Shown: positions 49,132 through 59,709 of the stretch, piece after piece
Layout of the letters: each line of letters opens with the position of its first letter
How positions within the stretch are numbered: the first letter of the stretch is position 1
DNA from: Myxococcota bacterium
GTDB taxonomy: Bacteria; Myxococcota_A; SURF-8
Assembly (NCBI GenBank): GCA_963674735.2
Contig: CAXXQS010000001.1
Location: 288,001 to 352,000 of the forward strand
Direction: 5' to 3'
DNA length: 64,000 nt
Notes under the pieces: model-generated
The model's database searches: none
Told to the model about the DNA's origin: nothing
The model's input: the letters and a program-made list of their open reading frames with translations, nothing else
Made by a program: the position numbers and the translations under genes

Positions 49132-52100
49132 ATGATGAAATGGCGGGCGGTTGTCTGGTGTCTTCTGTTGTTCGGGATGGGTCTATCCTCTTCGCGGGTT
49201 GCCCAGGCCGAGACCGCTACGGGTTTCATTCCCCCGGGCGGCATGGTCGAGTTGAGTTCGGATTCTCCCCAGAAAATCACTTTGGCTTTCCTCGACTTCA
49301 TCAGTCCGCGGCGCGACCGCGCGGAACTGGATGGCTGGGTGTATCTGTTTGCCCATGATCTGCAATACCGAGGTCTCGGTCGCGGTTCGCACAAGCTACA
49401 TGCGCTTGATTTTGATGAAATGCGCGGTCTTTTCAGAAAGGAACTGGGCGTTTCAACCGTCACTCCGGCGCAAATGATGGCGCTGGCCGATCTGCTTTCC
49501 ACGGATTACGCCGTTTACATCGATGAACGTCTCACCCTCGATGGATGGGTTTGGTGTGTACGGGTTTACAATGGCCGCTCCGGAGCCTACCTTGCCCGAA
49601 CCGATATCCCGGTGATCGAAGAGCATTGGCGCTGGATGGCCGATCACGTTTTACATGCCATCGGGAGCGTGCTTTTACCCATGGGTGAAGCATTGCCCGA
49701 AAGCGGGGAGGCACCGGCGGAGGCGTTGCTGCTTGATTCCGTCAAGCGTTTCGGGCGTATTGTCCCCGCTTGTCAAAAAGGACAATGTTTAACGGTTTTG
49801 GACGACCTGGAATGGATCGGCCTGAACAACCGCGAGTTTTCCGACAGCCTGCAACGCGATCCGGTTTACCTGAACATGTTGATGCGTGAAGCCGACGATC
49901 CGGTTTCGCTTGCGCGGATCGGATTGTGGGCGGGCAATGCCTTCGATGTTCTTTTACGGATCGAGAACCTGCTGAAGAACACGAAAGACCGCAAGATGCG
50001 GGTCCGGTTGCTCGAACTGGCGATCGAGGCGGCAGTGGCGCTTGGTCAAGGGGAAAAAGCCGAGAAACTCGGGCTGGATCTGAAAGCCATCGATGTTGCC
50101 AATCCGCTGGTTAACGCCGCGCTTGGAGTCGGTTTGCAGATGCGCGAGCGATGCCGTGAAGCGATGCCGTACCTGATGCGCGCATCAGGAAAAACGCGCC
50201 TTTATCCACAGGTTCTCGATGCACAGATGGTTTGCTGTCGGGATCAGGAACAACCCGAACAGCTTTGGAAAAGCAAAGAGCGGCTGGCGGATTATAGCTT
50301 CGCTTTGGAAAATTTCCCGGTGACCGCGCCGCGCTATCTCGAACTTTTGGATCACGACTTTCAGACGAAATTCCTGAACCGCATTCCCACCCGCATTCTG
50401 AGTCGATACGACCGGCGCAATTTGTCGACGCTGCTCAACCAGAAGGGGGCGGTGCATGTGAAAAACGACGCCGAAGTTTTCAGACGGCTGGCCGAGTTGA
50501 TGCTTCTGGAAAAGCGGTACGACGAAGCCGACCGGATTTTACGTGGTGCGCTGCAGGTTTACCCGCAGAACAGCGCCCTGGTATTGTTGGCCGTGCGCGA
50601 AGCCATCAAGACCAAAGAGGGCGTGGTGCGAGCTCAGCGTTTGATGGAAGGCCTGAAGGAACACGACCGCGAGCCTCTTTTACAACTGCGCTTGATGAAG
50701 GAAACCGGGCAAAACAAGGCCGCGCTCGATTTGATCGATCAAACGGACTGGCCTGCCGGATGGGCCGATGAGTTGGTCATCATACGGGCCGGGTTCCTGA
50801 TGCGGGCCGAGAAATATTCGCAGGCGGCGGAACGGTTGGAGCGGCTCAAACAGGCGCAGCCCGAGCGCGAGGATGTGGCATGGATGCTCGCCGACGCCTA
50901 TGAGCAGCTTGGGCGCGACAAGGACGAGACGGCGGTACGGGCTTTGGCCTGGCTGCTTGGCGGAAAGCCCCTGCCGGAGGTCGGTGAGGAACGCTTTGCC
51001 AACCTGGATTACGCCGGTTTGATACTGCCGCATCCGCTGGTTCGGTCGCGAGGAGCGGGGAAGCTCGAAGCCATCGGCTCGGTTATTCTGCTGGATGGGT
51101 CGGGGAATGTTTGCCTGGAAAACGATTGTAAACTCAAGCAGCTTTTGCGCATGTATGTTCCGCAGGAAGAAGGGCGGACGTTGCACGACGTGTTGGAACT
51201 GCTGAAAACCCGTTATACCGTGGTCGAATCCGAGATTGCTCAAACGTCGTTCAAAGAGCGCGTGTTCGACGAATCCACCCAGCCATTCAAACGCTGGTCC
51301 AATCAGGACTTGGTCGAATTCGCATCGACCCTGAATGTCGAGGGCTTGTTCATTCTCAAAACCGAAGACAGCCTGGACCTCGAAACGGAGACACTCGAAA
51401 AACGGACCCAGCTCTTTTTCTTCGATGCGACGATGAATCGCGGGTATGCAACCGGCAACCGACACGAAATCGAGCTGTTCAGCGTTTACCGTTTCAATTC
51501 TCTGTACATGATAGTGCCTCTGCTGGTGATTCTCATTATGCTGTACCTCATGTGGGAATTCCGGCGCATCATGCAGCATTGGGGCAGCCCTGTTTTAAAG
51601 GCGCAATATCTGATCGCCCATAAAAATTTTCGCAAGGCTGCCGACGTCATGGAGCGGTTCGGTTATACCGACGACGCCGCCAACCTGCGCGCTCACGCGC
51701 AAATGAATCAGGGGCACTCCGACGAAGCCTTGGAATTGTTCATGCAGTCGCGCGATTACGAGAATGCCCTGGTCGTGTTGAAGTACTGTTCCGATTCACC
51801 TGCCGTGCAAGCCACTGCCGCCGAATTGTATTTCATTCGCAAGGATTACGAGCGGGCGGAGGCTTATTATCGAAAAACCCGCAACCTGATCGGCATCGCC
51901 AAAGTGAATGAGGCGTTGGGACGCAAGGAAATGGCGGCGCGCGTACTGGGCCAATACTATTTTGAATCCGCCAACCCCATGGCGGCCATCGAGGAATATC
52001 GCAAGATCGAAGACTACGACAGCATCGGGATGGTGTATTTCTACTATCACAAATTCAAGCATGCTGCGGTGATGTTCCAGCAATCCGGAAACGACGAAAT

Positions 52101-52185
52101 GGCGAAAAAATGTCTGTTGCGCCAGGGCGTTAAAGCCAAAAACGGAGGGTTCGACAGGACGCCGGAAGGGTCGAATTTGACATGA
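49132..52185 (+). CDS. Large TPR-repeat membrane protein
   Basis: Signal peptide, TPR-like helices, TM MIVPLLVILIMLYLMW, cytoplasmic helical repeats. Confidence 0.7.
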   Translation: MMKWRAVVWCLLLFGMGLSSSRVAQAETATGFIPPGGMVELSSDSPQKITLAFLDFISPRRDRAELDGWVYLFAHDLQYRGLGRGSHKLHALDFDEMRGLFRKELGVSTVTPAQMMALADLLSTDYAVYIDERLTLDGWVWCVRVYNGRSGAYLARTDIPVIEEHWRWMADHVLHAIGSVLLPMGEALPESGEAPAEALLLDSVKRFGRIVPACQKGQCLTVLDDLEWIGLNNREFSDSLQRDPVYLNMLMREADDPVSLARIGLWAGNAFDVLLRIENLLKNTKDRKMRVRLLELAIEAAVALGQGEKAEKLGLDLKAIDVANPLVNAALGVGLQMRERCREAMPYLMRASGKTRLYPQVLDAQMVCCRDQEQPEQLWKSKERLADYSFALENFPVTAPRYLELLDHDFQTKFLNRIPTRILSRYDRRNLSTLLNQKGAVHVKNDAEVFRRLAELMLLEKRYDEADRILRGALQVYPQNSALVLLAVREAIKTKEGVVRAQRLMEGLKEHDREPLLQLRLMKETGQNKAALDLIDQTDWPAGWADELVIIRAGFLMRAEKYSQAAERLERLKQAQPEREDVAWMLADAYEQLGRDKDETAVRALAWLLGGKPLPEVGEERFANLDYAGLILPHPLVRSRGAGKLEAIGSVILLDGSGNVCLENDCKLKQLLRMYVPQEEGRTLHDVLELLKTRYTVVESEIAQTSFKERVFDESTQPFKRWSNQDLVEFASTLNVEGLFILKTEDSLDLETETLEKRTQLFFFDATMNRGYATGNRHEIELFSVYRFNSLYMIVPLLVILIMLYLMWEFRRIMQHWGSPVLKAQYLIAHKNFRKAADVMERFGYTDDAANLRAHAQMNQGHSDEALELFMQSRDYENALVVLKYCSDSPAVQATAAELYFIRKDYERAEAYYRKTRNLIGIAKVNEALGRKEMAARVLGQYYFESANPMAAIEEYRKIEDYDSIGMVYFYYHKFKHAAVMFQQSGNDEMAKKCLLRQGVKAKNGGFDRTPEGSNLT

Positions 52186-52985
52186 TCGTCACCTGCGTTC
52201 AATTCGAGCCGACTCATCGTCATGTTGCAGCCAACCTGGACAGCATCGACCGGCTGACCCCGGATGATGCCGATCTGGTGGTGTTTCCCGAACTGGCGAC
52301 CTGCGGCTATCTGTTTCTCGATCCGACGGATCTTCGCCGGGTGGCTTTTTCGCGCAAAAGCCCGGAAATGGAGCGTTTGCACGGGGTGGCCGAGCGCTGC
52401 AACTGTCATCTGGTGGTCGGCTTCGCCGAAGCCACCGCCGAGGGTGTGTATAACAGTGCGGCTCTGATCGGACCGGCCGGTCTGGTGGATGTCTATCGCA
52501 AGGTGCACCTGTTCAATACCGAAAAGCGGGTGTTTGTACCCGGCAACGAAGCATGGCGAGTCAACAAGATCGGGGACGCGACCGTCGGCATGATGATCTG
52601 CTTCGACTGGCAGTTTCCCGAAGTGGCGCGCATTCTGGCGCTCAAAGGGGCCGATCTGATCTGTCATCCGTCGAATCTGGTTCTTCCCTATTGTCAAACG
52701 GCCATGGTGACGCGTTGTCTGGAAAACCGGGTTTTCGCCGCGACCTGCAACCGAGTCGGGACCGAGACGGTCGGCGGGGAACAGGTGAATTTTACGGGGC
52801 AAAGCCAGATTTTGACGCCGCTGGGCGAACGTCTGGCGCAGGCCTCGGTCGACACACCTGACGTGATTCGCGCCACTCTCGATCCGTCACAGGCGCGCCA
52901 TAAAAACATCAACGAACTCAACGACTGGCATGCCGACCGCCGGCCGGAATTATATGGAGATCTGACTCGTGACGACCGTTCCTGA
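52182..52985 (+). CDS. Carbon-nitrogen hydrolase (nitrilase superfamily)
   Basis: VFPELATCGY, YRKVHLF, MICFDWQFPE (E-K-C triad). Confidence 0.93.
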   Translation: MIVTCVQFEPTHRHVAANLDSIDRLTPDDADLVVFPELATCGYLFLDPTDLRRVAFSRKSPEMERLHGVAERCNCHLVVGFAEATAEGVYNSAALIGPAGLVDVYRKVHLFNTEKRVFVPGNEAWRVNKIGDATVGMMICFDWQFPEVARILALKGADLICHPSNLVLPYCQTAMVTRCLENRVFAATCNRVGTETVGGEQVNFTGQSQILTPLGERLAQASVDTPDVIRATLDPSQARHKNINELNDWHADRRPELYGDLTRDDRS

Positions 52986-53451
52986 TTCTCGGCCCTATCG
53001 CCGCAATGTCGCTATGATCGTCGTCGATCAGCGGGGGCGCGTGTTGGTGGGCGAACGCGCCAACCTCACGGGTGTCTGGCAGCTACCCCAGGGTGGGGTG
53101 GATGACGGCGAGGATGAAGAAACGGCGATGTGGCGAGAATTGCGGGAAGAAATCGGCACCGCCGACGCGCGTCTGCTGGCTCGCTCGAACGAGGTCTATC
53201 GTTACGATTTCCCCGACTGGCTCAAGCACGCTCCCATTGCGCAGAGCTATCGCGGACAGGAACAACGCTATTTCGTTGTGCGCTTGAATCCGGGAGTGGA
53301 GCCGCAACTCGATCGGGCCGATGAGGAATTTACCGCGTTCAATTGGATCACACCGAGTGAACTTTTAGATCAGATCGTGCCTTTCAAACGCGAGGTATAT
53401 CGGCGGGCTTTTGCCGAACTCGCGTCCTGGCTGCGTCCCGACGACGACTAG
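52969..53451 (+). CDS. rppH: RNA pyrophosphohydrolase (Nudix)
   Basis: YRRNV, WQLPQGGVDDGE..RELREEIG, YRGQEQRYF, IVPFKREVY. Confidence 0.9.
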   Translation: MTTVPDSRPYRRNVAMIVVDQRGRVLVGERANLTGVWQLPQGGVDDGEDEETAMWRELREEIGTADARLLARSNEVYRYDFPDWLKHAPIAQSYRGQEQRYFVVRLNPGVEPQLDRADEEFTAFNWITPSELLDQIVPFKREVYRRAFAELASWLRPDDD

Positions 53452-53524
53452 CCGGTGAAGTGGCGCGAGTGGACCAGCCTTCTAGCAGGAGAAGCCCTTT
53501 TGTGGCTTCGGAAGTAATAGGAAC

Positions 53525-55891
53525 ATGATGACGATTCGCCAACGCGTGGCCATTTTGGCTGTTTTCTCGATGAGTATTCTGGCCAGCGAAATCGCTTTGA
53601 CGCGCTTGTTCAGCGTTATTTTCTGGTACCATTTTGGGTTTCTCATCCTTTCCACCGCGCTTTTGGGCTTTGGTCTGGGTGGGTTGCTGGTTTCGACTTT
53701 CAAGTCACGTCTGGCCGATTTCGATCCCGACCGCGTTATCCTGTGGGGCGTCGGCGCCAGTGGCGTTCTGCTGGTTTTCGCGTTGTATCTGGTGACGCAC
53801 AACAAATTCTCGCCGCTGTTCGTTCAGGATAGCGCGCAGGAATCGGCTAAACTGATCTTGGCGACCTTGGCTTTCTTGGTTCCTTTCACCGCCATGGGGG
53901 CGACGGTTCTGTTTACTTTGCAGAGTTGGCCGCAACAGGTGGGCAAGCTTTACGCCGCTAACCTGCTGGGCTCGGCGCTTGGCTGTCTGGCCGCGTTGGG
54001 GGTCATGGAACTGGCCGGAGGGTTGTGGGCCTATCTTCTGCTGGCGGCTTTGATGCCGATTTTAGCCTTCGTTGCGTCCTGGAAGCTGTGGCGGCGCGAT
54101 GCGTTTGTCTTCGCTGCGCTTGGATTGGCTTTGCTGCTGGTGCTGCCTGCGATGGAGCACCTGTTTCCCATGAACAGCCCTTCGGACAAACCGGCCGCCT
54201 GGGCGCGCAACAAGGAATTGGTGTTCACCGACTGGACCAGCTTGTCGAAGGTCGATATTTACGCCGAGCAGGAACTGCATGCCAGCGGCTACGGCCTTTG
54301 GGGTCTTTCCCTTAAAAACACCGCGCCGTTACCCGAACGGCTCGCCGTTCTGATCGACCACTGGGCCTATACGACCATCATCCGCGACAAGCCGGACTCC
54401 GGTTACTATGACTTCTATGATGCCTTGCCCATGTATCTGGCCTACAAAATCAAGCCTAAGGCGGAAGCTCTGGTCATGGGCTCGGGCGGCGGAATGGATA
54501 TTCGCGGCGCCCTCCACTATGGGGCGCGGCATGTGGATGCGGTCGAAATCAATCCCTCCATCGTGCGTGCCATGCGCACGGACCTGGAGGATTATTCCGG
54601 CGGCGTTTATACCGATTCGCGTGTGACAAGTTATTTGGCCGAGGGGCGTCACTTCGTCGAAACGATGGAAAAACAGTACGATATCGTCCAGTTGTCGGGA
54701 GTCGATACCTATAGCTCTACCCAGGCGGGCGCGTTTGCGCTATCCGAGAATTATTTGTACACGGTGGAGGCGGTAACGCGTTACCTGGACCTCATGAAAG
54801 ATGACGGCGTTCTGACGCTGACTCGTTGGTATTCGCCGGGCAAAAACGGACACCCCCGTTTTTCCATGCGCTTGTTCACCCTGATCGTCGACAGTCTGGC
54901 TCAGGTGGGAGTGACCGATGCGGCGCGAAACGTGGTGTTTTTACGATCCGGCACCTTCACGGTGATTCTGGCTAAAAAGCAACCGTTCACCGAAAAGGAA
55001 CTGCTGCGCCTCGAATCCGATGTCGGGCGTTGGGGGTATTTGTTTCTTTATCATCCCGAAATCAAGAATGACGATTCGCTATACTTCGATGAGTACATAA
55101 ATAGTTCAGATCGGCAGGCTTGGCTGGAGGCCTATCCCTTTAATGTCGCCGCTCCGACAGACGACAACCCGTTTTTCTTCGAGCATCGCAAGTTCTCGAA
55201 AATACACCATTTCCAGTCTTTTTTGCCGGGTCTTACCGAGGGCCTGGACGGTCAGACGATTTTGGTGCTGTTGTTGCTCGAACTGCTGCTGGTTGCCGGG
55301 GTAATGCTGGTTATCTCGTTTCGCCTCGCGCCTCCCCGGCGTCGCTTGAGTGGGGGCTTGCGTTGGCTGTATTTCGTCCTGATCGGGCTTGGCTTCATGT
55401 TCGTCGAAATCGGTTTGAGCCAGCAGCTTATCTTGTTTCTCGGGCACCCGGTTTATGCGCTGAGCGTGGTGATTTTCGGCGTTCTGCTCTTTTCCGGGTT
55501 GGGCGCGTTAGCTGCGCCGCAGTTGGCCCGACGCATTCCGATTCCGCCGGTTCTGGCGCTCGGTGCGGGGTTGATCCTTGTTATGAGCCATGGATTGATA
55601 CCGCAACTGGCTTCGCTGATGCAATGGGGGCAGGTGTTGCGCATGCTGGTGGTCGTTCTGATGATGGCTCCGATCGCCTTCATCATGGGGTTGGCTTTTC
55701 CCGAGGCGATTCGACGCTTGACGGCGCAAGGGATCCGGGATTTCGGTGTGGAATGGGCTTGGAATGGTCTGGGTTCGGTGGCGGCATCGGTTTTAGCCGT
55801 TATGGTGGCCGTTTCCATCGGTTTTTCCGTTGTGTTTACGTTGGCCGCTATTTGTTATGTTCTGGCGGCGATTCTTTTGGTGCGTCTCTAA
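53525..55891 (+). CDS. Polytopic membrane protein with spermidine-synthase-like SAM-binding domain
   Basis: EIALTRLFS..LYAANLLGSALG; VMGSGGGMD..DAVEINP..EGRHF..ENYLYTVEA..PTDDNPFFF; C-terminal TM bundle. Confidence 0.85.
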   Translation: MMTIRQRVAILAVFSMSILASEIALTRLFSVIFWYHFGFLILSTALLGFGLGGLLVSTFKSRLADFDPDRVILWGVGASGVLLVFALYLVTHNKFSPLFVQDSAQESAKLILATLAFLVPFTAMGATVLFTLQSWPQQVGKLYAANLLGSALGCLAALGVMELAGGLWAYLLLAALMPILAFVASWKLWRRDAFVFAALGLALLLVLPAMEHLFPMNSPSDKPAAWARNKELVFTDWTSLSKVDIYAEQELHASGYGLWGLSLKNTAPLPERLAVLIDHWAYTTIIRDKPDSGYYDFYDALPMYLAYKIKPKAEALVMGSGGGMDIRGALHYGARHVDAVEINPSIVRAMRTDLEDYSGGVYTDSRVTSYLAEGRHFVETMEKQYDIVQLSGVDTYSSTQAGAFALSENYLYTVEAVTRYLDLMKDDGVLTLTRWYSPGKNGHPRFSMRLFTLIVDSLAQVGVTDAARNVVFLRSGTFTVILAKKQPFTEKELLRLESDVGRWGYLFLYHPEIKNDDSLYFDEYINSSDRQAWLEAYPFNVAAPTDDNPFFFEHRKFSKIHHFQSFLPGLTEGLDGQTILVLLLLELLLVAGVMLVISFRLAPPRRRLSGGLRWLYFVLIGLGFMFVEIGLSQQLILFLGHPVYALSVVIFGVLLFSGLGALAAPQLARRIPIPPVLALGAGLILVMSHGLIPQLASLMQWGQVLRMLVVVLMMAPIAFIMGLAFPEAIRRLTAQGIRDFGVEWAWNGLGSVAASVLAVMVAVSIGFSVVFTLAAICYVLAAILLVRL

Positions 55892-55938
55892 GGGCTTCCG
55901 GTTTCCCAAATACGCACACTCCTCTCCGATATGTTCAC

Positions 55939-56115
55939 GGCGTTTCAATTCTAAGCTTTTCACCGTTTTCCACCTACTATAATTCGGCTTAGGGGGTGCC
56001 ATGGGCCAAGCCTTTGGCTTGCCCATGCTGTTTTCACGGGCAAACCTGACGGTTTAGCCCGTGCCACCCATCACCAATCGAAGATTATTCGAGACTCAAT
56101 CAGAATTGAATCGCC
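55939..56115 (-). mobile_element. 177-bp MITE-like element, copy 3 (complete, inverted) with 15-bp TSD
   Basis: GGCGTTTCAATTCT...AGAATTGAATCGCC flanked by CTCCGATATGTTCAC at 55924-55938 and 56116-56130. Confidence 0.92.
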
Positions 56116-56240
56116 CTCCGATATGTTCACTTCGATTGCATTTTCAGCCTGGAAATGCTAAAAATAAACAATACGTAACGAGTGAGTGGGACGGATGTTC
56201 AACCGATATCGGGTGTACGACTCCGGAGGAGGCGGGTTTG

Positions 56241-56474
56241 GTGTTCAGGAATGTCTTGAAACAGCCTGAATGGTGGGTCTCGTTTCTGGTCATTGCTTTG
56301 ATCTTCTTTTCATGGCCTTTCCTTTCCAGCGCCGGGTCTTCGTCTGATTGGTACCTCTTTCTGTTTCTAAACGGGATATGGGTCGTGACTATCGGGATTC
56401 TTTATCTCTTGGGGCGGGTTTTAGGGAAACACCGCCAGCGAGAGACCGGTCGACAATCCATGGCGGGGGATTAG
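56241..56474 (+). CDS. Small two-TM membrane protein preceding the SLC5-kinase
   Basis: GGAGG RBS; two hydrophobic helices; ends 6 bp before the next ATG. Confidence 0.7.
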   Translation: MFRNVLKQPEWWVSFLVIALIFFSWPFLSSAGSSSDWYLFLFLNGIWVVTIGILYLLGRVLGKHRQRETGRQSMAGD

Positions 56475-56480
56475 ACGCCC

Positions 56481-59400
56481 ATGTTTCAAGCTCCCACCGT
56501 TATTGTCTTACTGTGTGTGTATTTGCTGCTTCTATTCGTGGTGGCGTTGTGGGTGGAAAAACGGAGCCGTTTTGGGCAACGTCTGATTTCTTCTCCGCTT
56601 GTCTACACCCTCTCCCTGGCTGTTTACCTGACATCCTGGACCTACTACGGAAGCGTCGGAAATGCCGTCAACTTCGGCATTATGTTTATGACGTTCTATA
56701 TCGGGCCTACGCTGGCGATGATTTTCGCCTGGCCGCTGATGCGACGGATGATCCGCATTAAAAACAAGTACCGTATCACGAGCATTTCCGATTTCATTTC
56801 GGCCCGTTACGGACGCTCCCAGTCGATTGCGGCTCTCGTGACCGTTATGGCGATTATCGGGATCATGCCGTACACAGCCCTGCAACTCAAGGCCATTATC
56901 AGCTCGTCCAGTGTGATTATCGGCCAGCACGATCCCCACCAAGTCTGGATGGCCGAACATATCGGTCCGATCGTGGTGTTGATCATGATCGTGTTTACGG
57001 TGATTATCGGTGCGCGGCGGCTCGATCCCACCGAACGACACCAGGGGATGGTACTGGTTGTGGCGCTCGAATCCATCATCAAGCTGGGCGCCATGCTGGC
57101 GGTCGGGCTGTTCGTGGTGTTCGGAATCTACGATGGATTTTTCGATATTTTCGAGCGTCTGGCCGACAGCCCGTATGCCGGTTTTTTGCAGATTCATGAA
57201 GACAACAACAATACCGTGTTTACCTGGCTCTCATGGATTCTGATGTCGGCCACGGCCTTTTTGTTTTTGCCTCGTCAATTTCATATCGGGGTGGTGGAAA
57301 ATTCCGACGAGCGCCATGTCCTGACCAGCATGTGGCTGATTCCCGTATATATGCTGTTGATGACGATCTTCATCGCTCCTTTGGCGGCGGCGGGTTTGCT
57401 GAACGGGTTACCCGTGGCGCAGGCCGATACCTTCGTTCTGCGTCTGCCGATGCTATACGCCAAACCCGTTCTGGCGATGGGGGTTTTTATCGGCGGGCTT
57501 TCCGCCGCCACCGGGATGATCATGATCGGTACGATGACGTTGGCGACCATGATTGCCAATCACCTGGTTTTGCCGCTGATCAACATGGTTCCCCTGCTTG
57601 CGGGCGGACGGCGTATTTTATTGCAGATTCGTTGGCTGGCTGTCGCGGGCGTTATCTTGATGGGCTACTGGTTTGAGAAAAGCATCGGCGAATCGGTTTT
57701 ATTGGTCAGCATGGGGAAATTGTCTTTCAGTGCGACCCTTCAATTCGCACCCGCCATTTTGATCGGGATTTTTTATCGTAGAGGGAATTCCATCGGTGCA
57801 TTCTCGGGGCTTCTCGCCGGCTTTGTGGTGTGGATCTATACGATGCTGATCCCGAGCTTCATTCAAAGTGGGTGGCTTGATGCCGATCTTTTGACCGCCG
57901 GACTCTGGGGATTGTCCTGGTTGCGTCCCGAACAGCTTTTCGGACTCATGGCTCTCGACCCGGTGAGCCATTCCATTTTTTGGAGCTTGCTGTTCAATGT
58001 CGGGTTTTATCTGCTTGGCTCGGCCATATACGAACTGGAGCCTTCCGAGCAGGCGCGCATGGACGAATTTACCGGTGATTTGAGTGGGAACAGCGAACTC
58101 TGGCATGGGGAAAGTGGGCAGGCCGATATCATACTCGATGAAAAAACGGCCATCATCGAGTCTCTTTTCGAGCCTTATTTGGGCAATGTAAGGGCTGAAT
58201 CCTTGACGCGGATGTGTGTTGAAAAAGCCGCGTTGCAAGACCGCAGTATCATTACCATCGCGGAACTGGCGGAGCTTTTCGAGGAGGTGCGTCGCAATTT
58301 GTCGGGGTTTATCGGGGCTGCAACGGCCCAGCATGTGATTAGCAAAGCGGGACTGTTCTCGAAGATCGAGTCGGAATCGCTTTCAAAGGAATACGGGCGT
58401 ATTCTGGCCGAACTGAACGTGCCGATGTCGGAGTTGAAAGGCAAAATCGACTACTACAAAGAGCGCAACGAGCTTTTGACGCATCATGCGGAAGAACTGG
58501 AAAAGCGTATTTACGAACGCGAAAAGGAAATCGTCGAGCGTAAGCGGGCGGAGGAGGCCTATTACAAGCAGATGGTTTTCAGTACCAATCTGGTGCAGGC
58601 TTCACCGGCTTTCTTCGTTGCGGTGGACACCAAGGGCGCGGTTATTATGATGAATCGCGCCATGTTGCAGGCCACCGGCTATACGTCTGGAGAAGTGGTG
58701 AAAACGCCTTATATCGATCAGTTCATTCCGCGTAGCGATCGAGCCTCGGTGGAAAAAGTTTTCGATAAGATGGCGACTTCGATCGAACCGATCGGGTTTG
58801 AAAGCGGCTTAAAAGCGAAGGACGGAAAAGAACTGTTGGTGGAATGGCACGGTCGACCGGTGTATGATGCCAAGGAACGACTGGATTTTCTCTTCGCTCT
58901 GGGAATCGATGTCACCCTGAAACGGGTGGCGGAGAACGAAAAACAGGCGCTGGAAGGGCAGTTGCGGCAACAGCAGAAGCTCGAATCCATCGGGACGCTG
59001 GCCAGTGGCGTCGCCCACGAGATCAACAACCCCATCAATGTCATTATGAACTATGGTCAATTGATTTCAGATCGCCCGGGGGTGCCCGAGGAAGAACGCG
59101 GGTTTGCCCGTGAGGTCGTCAACGAAAGCGAACGAGTGGCCATGATCGTTCGGAATCTGCTGGCTTTTTCGCGTCAGGAAGCCGAAATTCAAAGCCCGCA
59201 GAACCTGGAGGAGATCGTTTCGGCGACCTTGTCTCTGGTCCGTACCGTCATTCGCAAAGACCACATCGAATTGAAAACCGTCATCCCCAGCGGATTGCCG
59301 CGTGTACATTGCCGTAGCCAGCAGATTCAGCAGGTTTTGATGAACCTGCTCACCAACGCACGGGATGCCCTGAATCAAAAGTATGCGAAGTTCGACCCGA

Positions 59401-59684
59401 ACAAAATCATTCGTATCTCCGCCGAGCGCATCGGTTCGGATACGGAACCCTGGGTGCGGATTTGCGTGGAGGATTACGGGATTGGAATGACCAGCGAGCA
59501 GATGACGCGTATCTTCGATCCTTTCTACACAACCAAGCCGCGTGGAATCGGCACGGGGCTGGGGTTGTCGGTCAGCCACGGCATCATCAAGGAACATGGC
59601 GGCCGCTTCTGGGTGCAAAGCGAGCCCGGCGAGTATTCTCGCTTTTACATCGAATTGAAAACCGAATTGAGCAAGGACGTTTAG
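56481..59684 (+). CDS. Sodium:solute symporter-PAS-histidine kinase fusion (CbrA/CrbS-like)
   Basis: VYTLSLAVYLTSWTYYGSVG, TSISDFISARYG, PYTALQLKA, LPRQFH; PAS; GVAHEINNP, GTGLGL. Confidence 0.92.
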   Translation: MFQAPTVIVLLCVYLLLLFVVALWVEKRSRFGQRLISSPLVYTLSLAVYLTSWTYYGSVGNAVNFGIMFMTFYIGPTLAMIFAWPLMRRMIRIKNKYRITSISDFISARYGRSQSIAALVTVMAIIGIMPYTALQLKAIISSSSVIIGQHDPHQVWMAEHIGPIVVLIMIVFTVIIGARRLDPTERHQGMVLVVALESIIKLGAMLAVGLFVVFGIYDGFFDIFERLADSPYAGFLQIHEDNNNTVFTWLSWILMSATAFLFLPRQFHIGVVENSDERHVLTSMWLIPVYMLLMTIFIAPLAAAGLLNGLPVAQADTFVLRLPMLYAKPVLAMGVFIGGLSAATGMIMIGTMTLATMIANHLVLPLINMVPLLAGGRRILLQIRWLAVAGVILMGYWFEKSIGESVLLVSMGKLSFSATLQFAPAILIGIFYRRGNSIGAFSGLLAGFVVWIYTMLIPSFIQSGWLDADLLTAGLWGLSWLRPEQLFGLMALDPVSHSIFWSLLFNVGFYLLGSAIYELEPSEQARMDEFTGDLSGNSELWHGESGQADIILDEKTAIIESLFEPYLGNVRAESLTRMCVEKAALQDRSIITIAELAELFEEVRRNLSGFIGAATAQHVISKAGLFSKIESESLSKEYGRILAELNVPMSELKGKIDYYKERNELLTHHAEELEKRIYEREKEIVERKRAEEAYYKQMVFSTNLVQASPAFFVAVDTKGAVIMMNRAMLQATGYTSGEVVKTPYIDQFIPRSDRASVEKVFDKMATSIEPIGFESGLKAKDGKELLVEWHGRPVYDAKERLDFLFALGIDVTLKRVAENEKQALEGQLRQQQKLESIGTLASGVAHEINNPINVIMNYGQLISDRPGVPEEERGFAREVVNESERVAMIVRNLLAFSRQEAEIQSPQNLEEIVSATLSLVRTVIRKDHIELKTVIPSGLPRVHCRSQQIQQVLMNLLTNARDALNQKYAKFDPNKIIRISAERIGSDTEPWVRICVEDYGIGMTSEQMTRIFDPFYTTKPRGIGTGLGLSVSHGIIKEHGGRFWVQSEPGEYSRFYIELKTELSKDV

Positions 59685-59709
59685 ATTTGCTGGCGAAGGG
59701 GAATACCGC

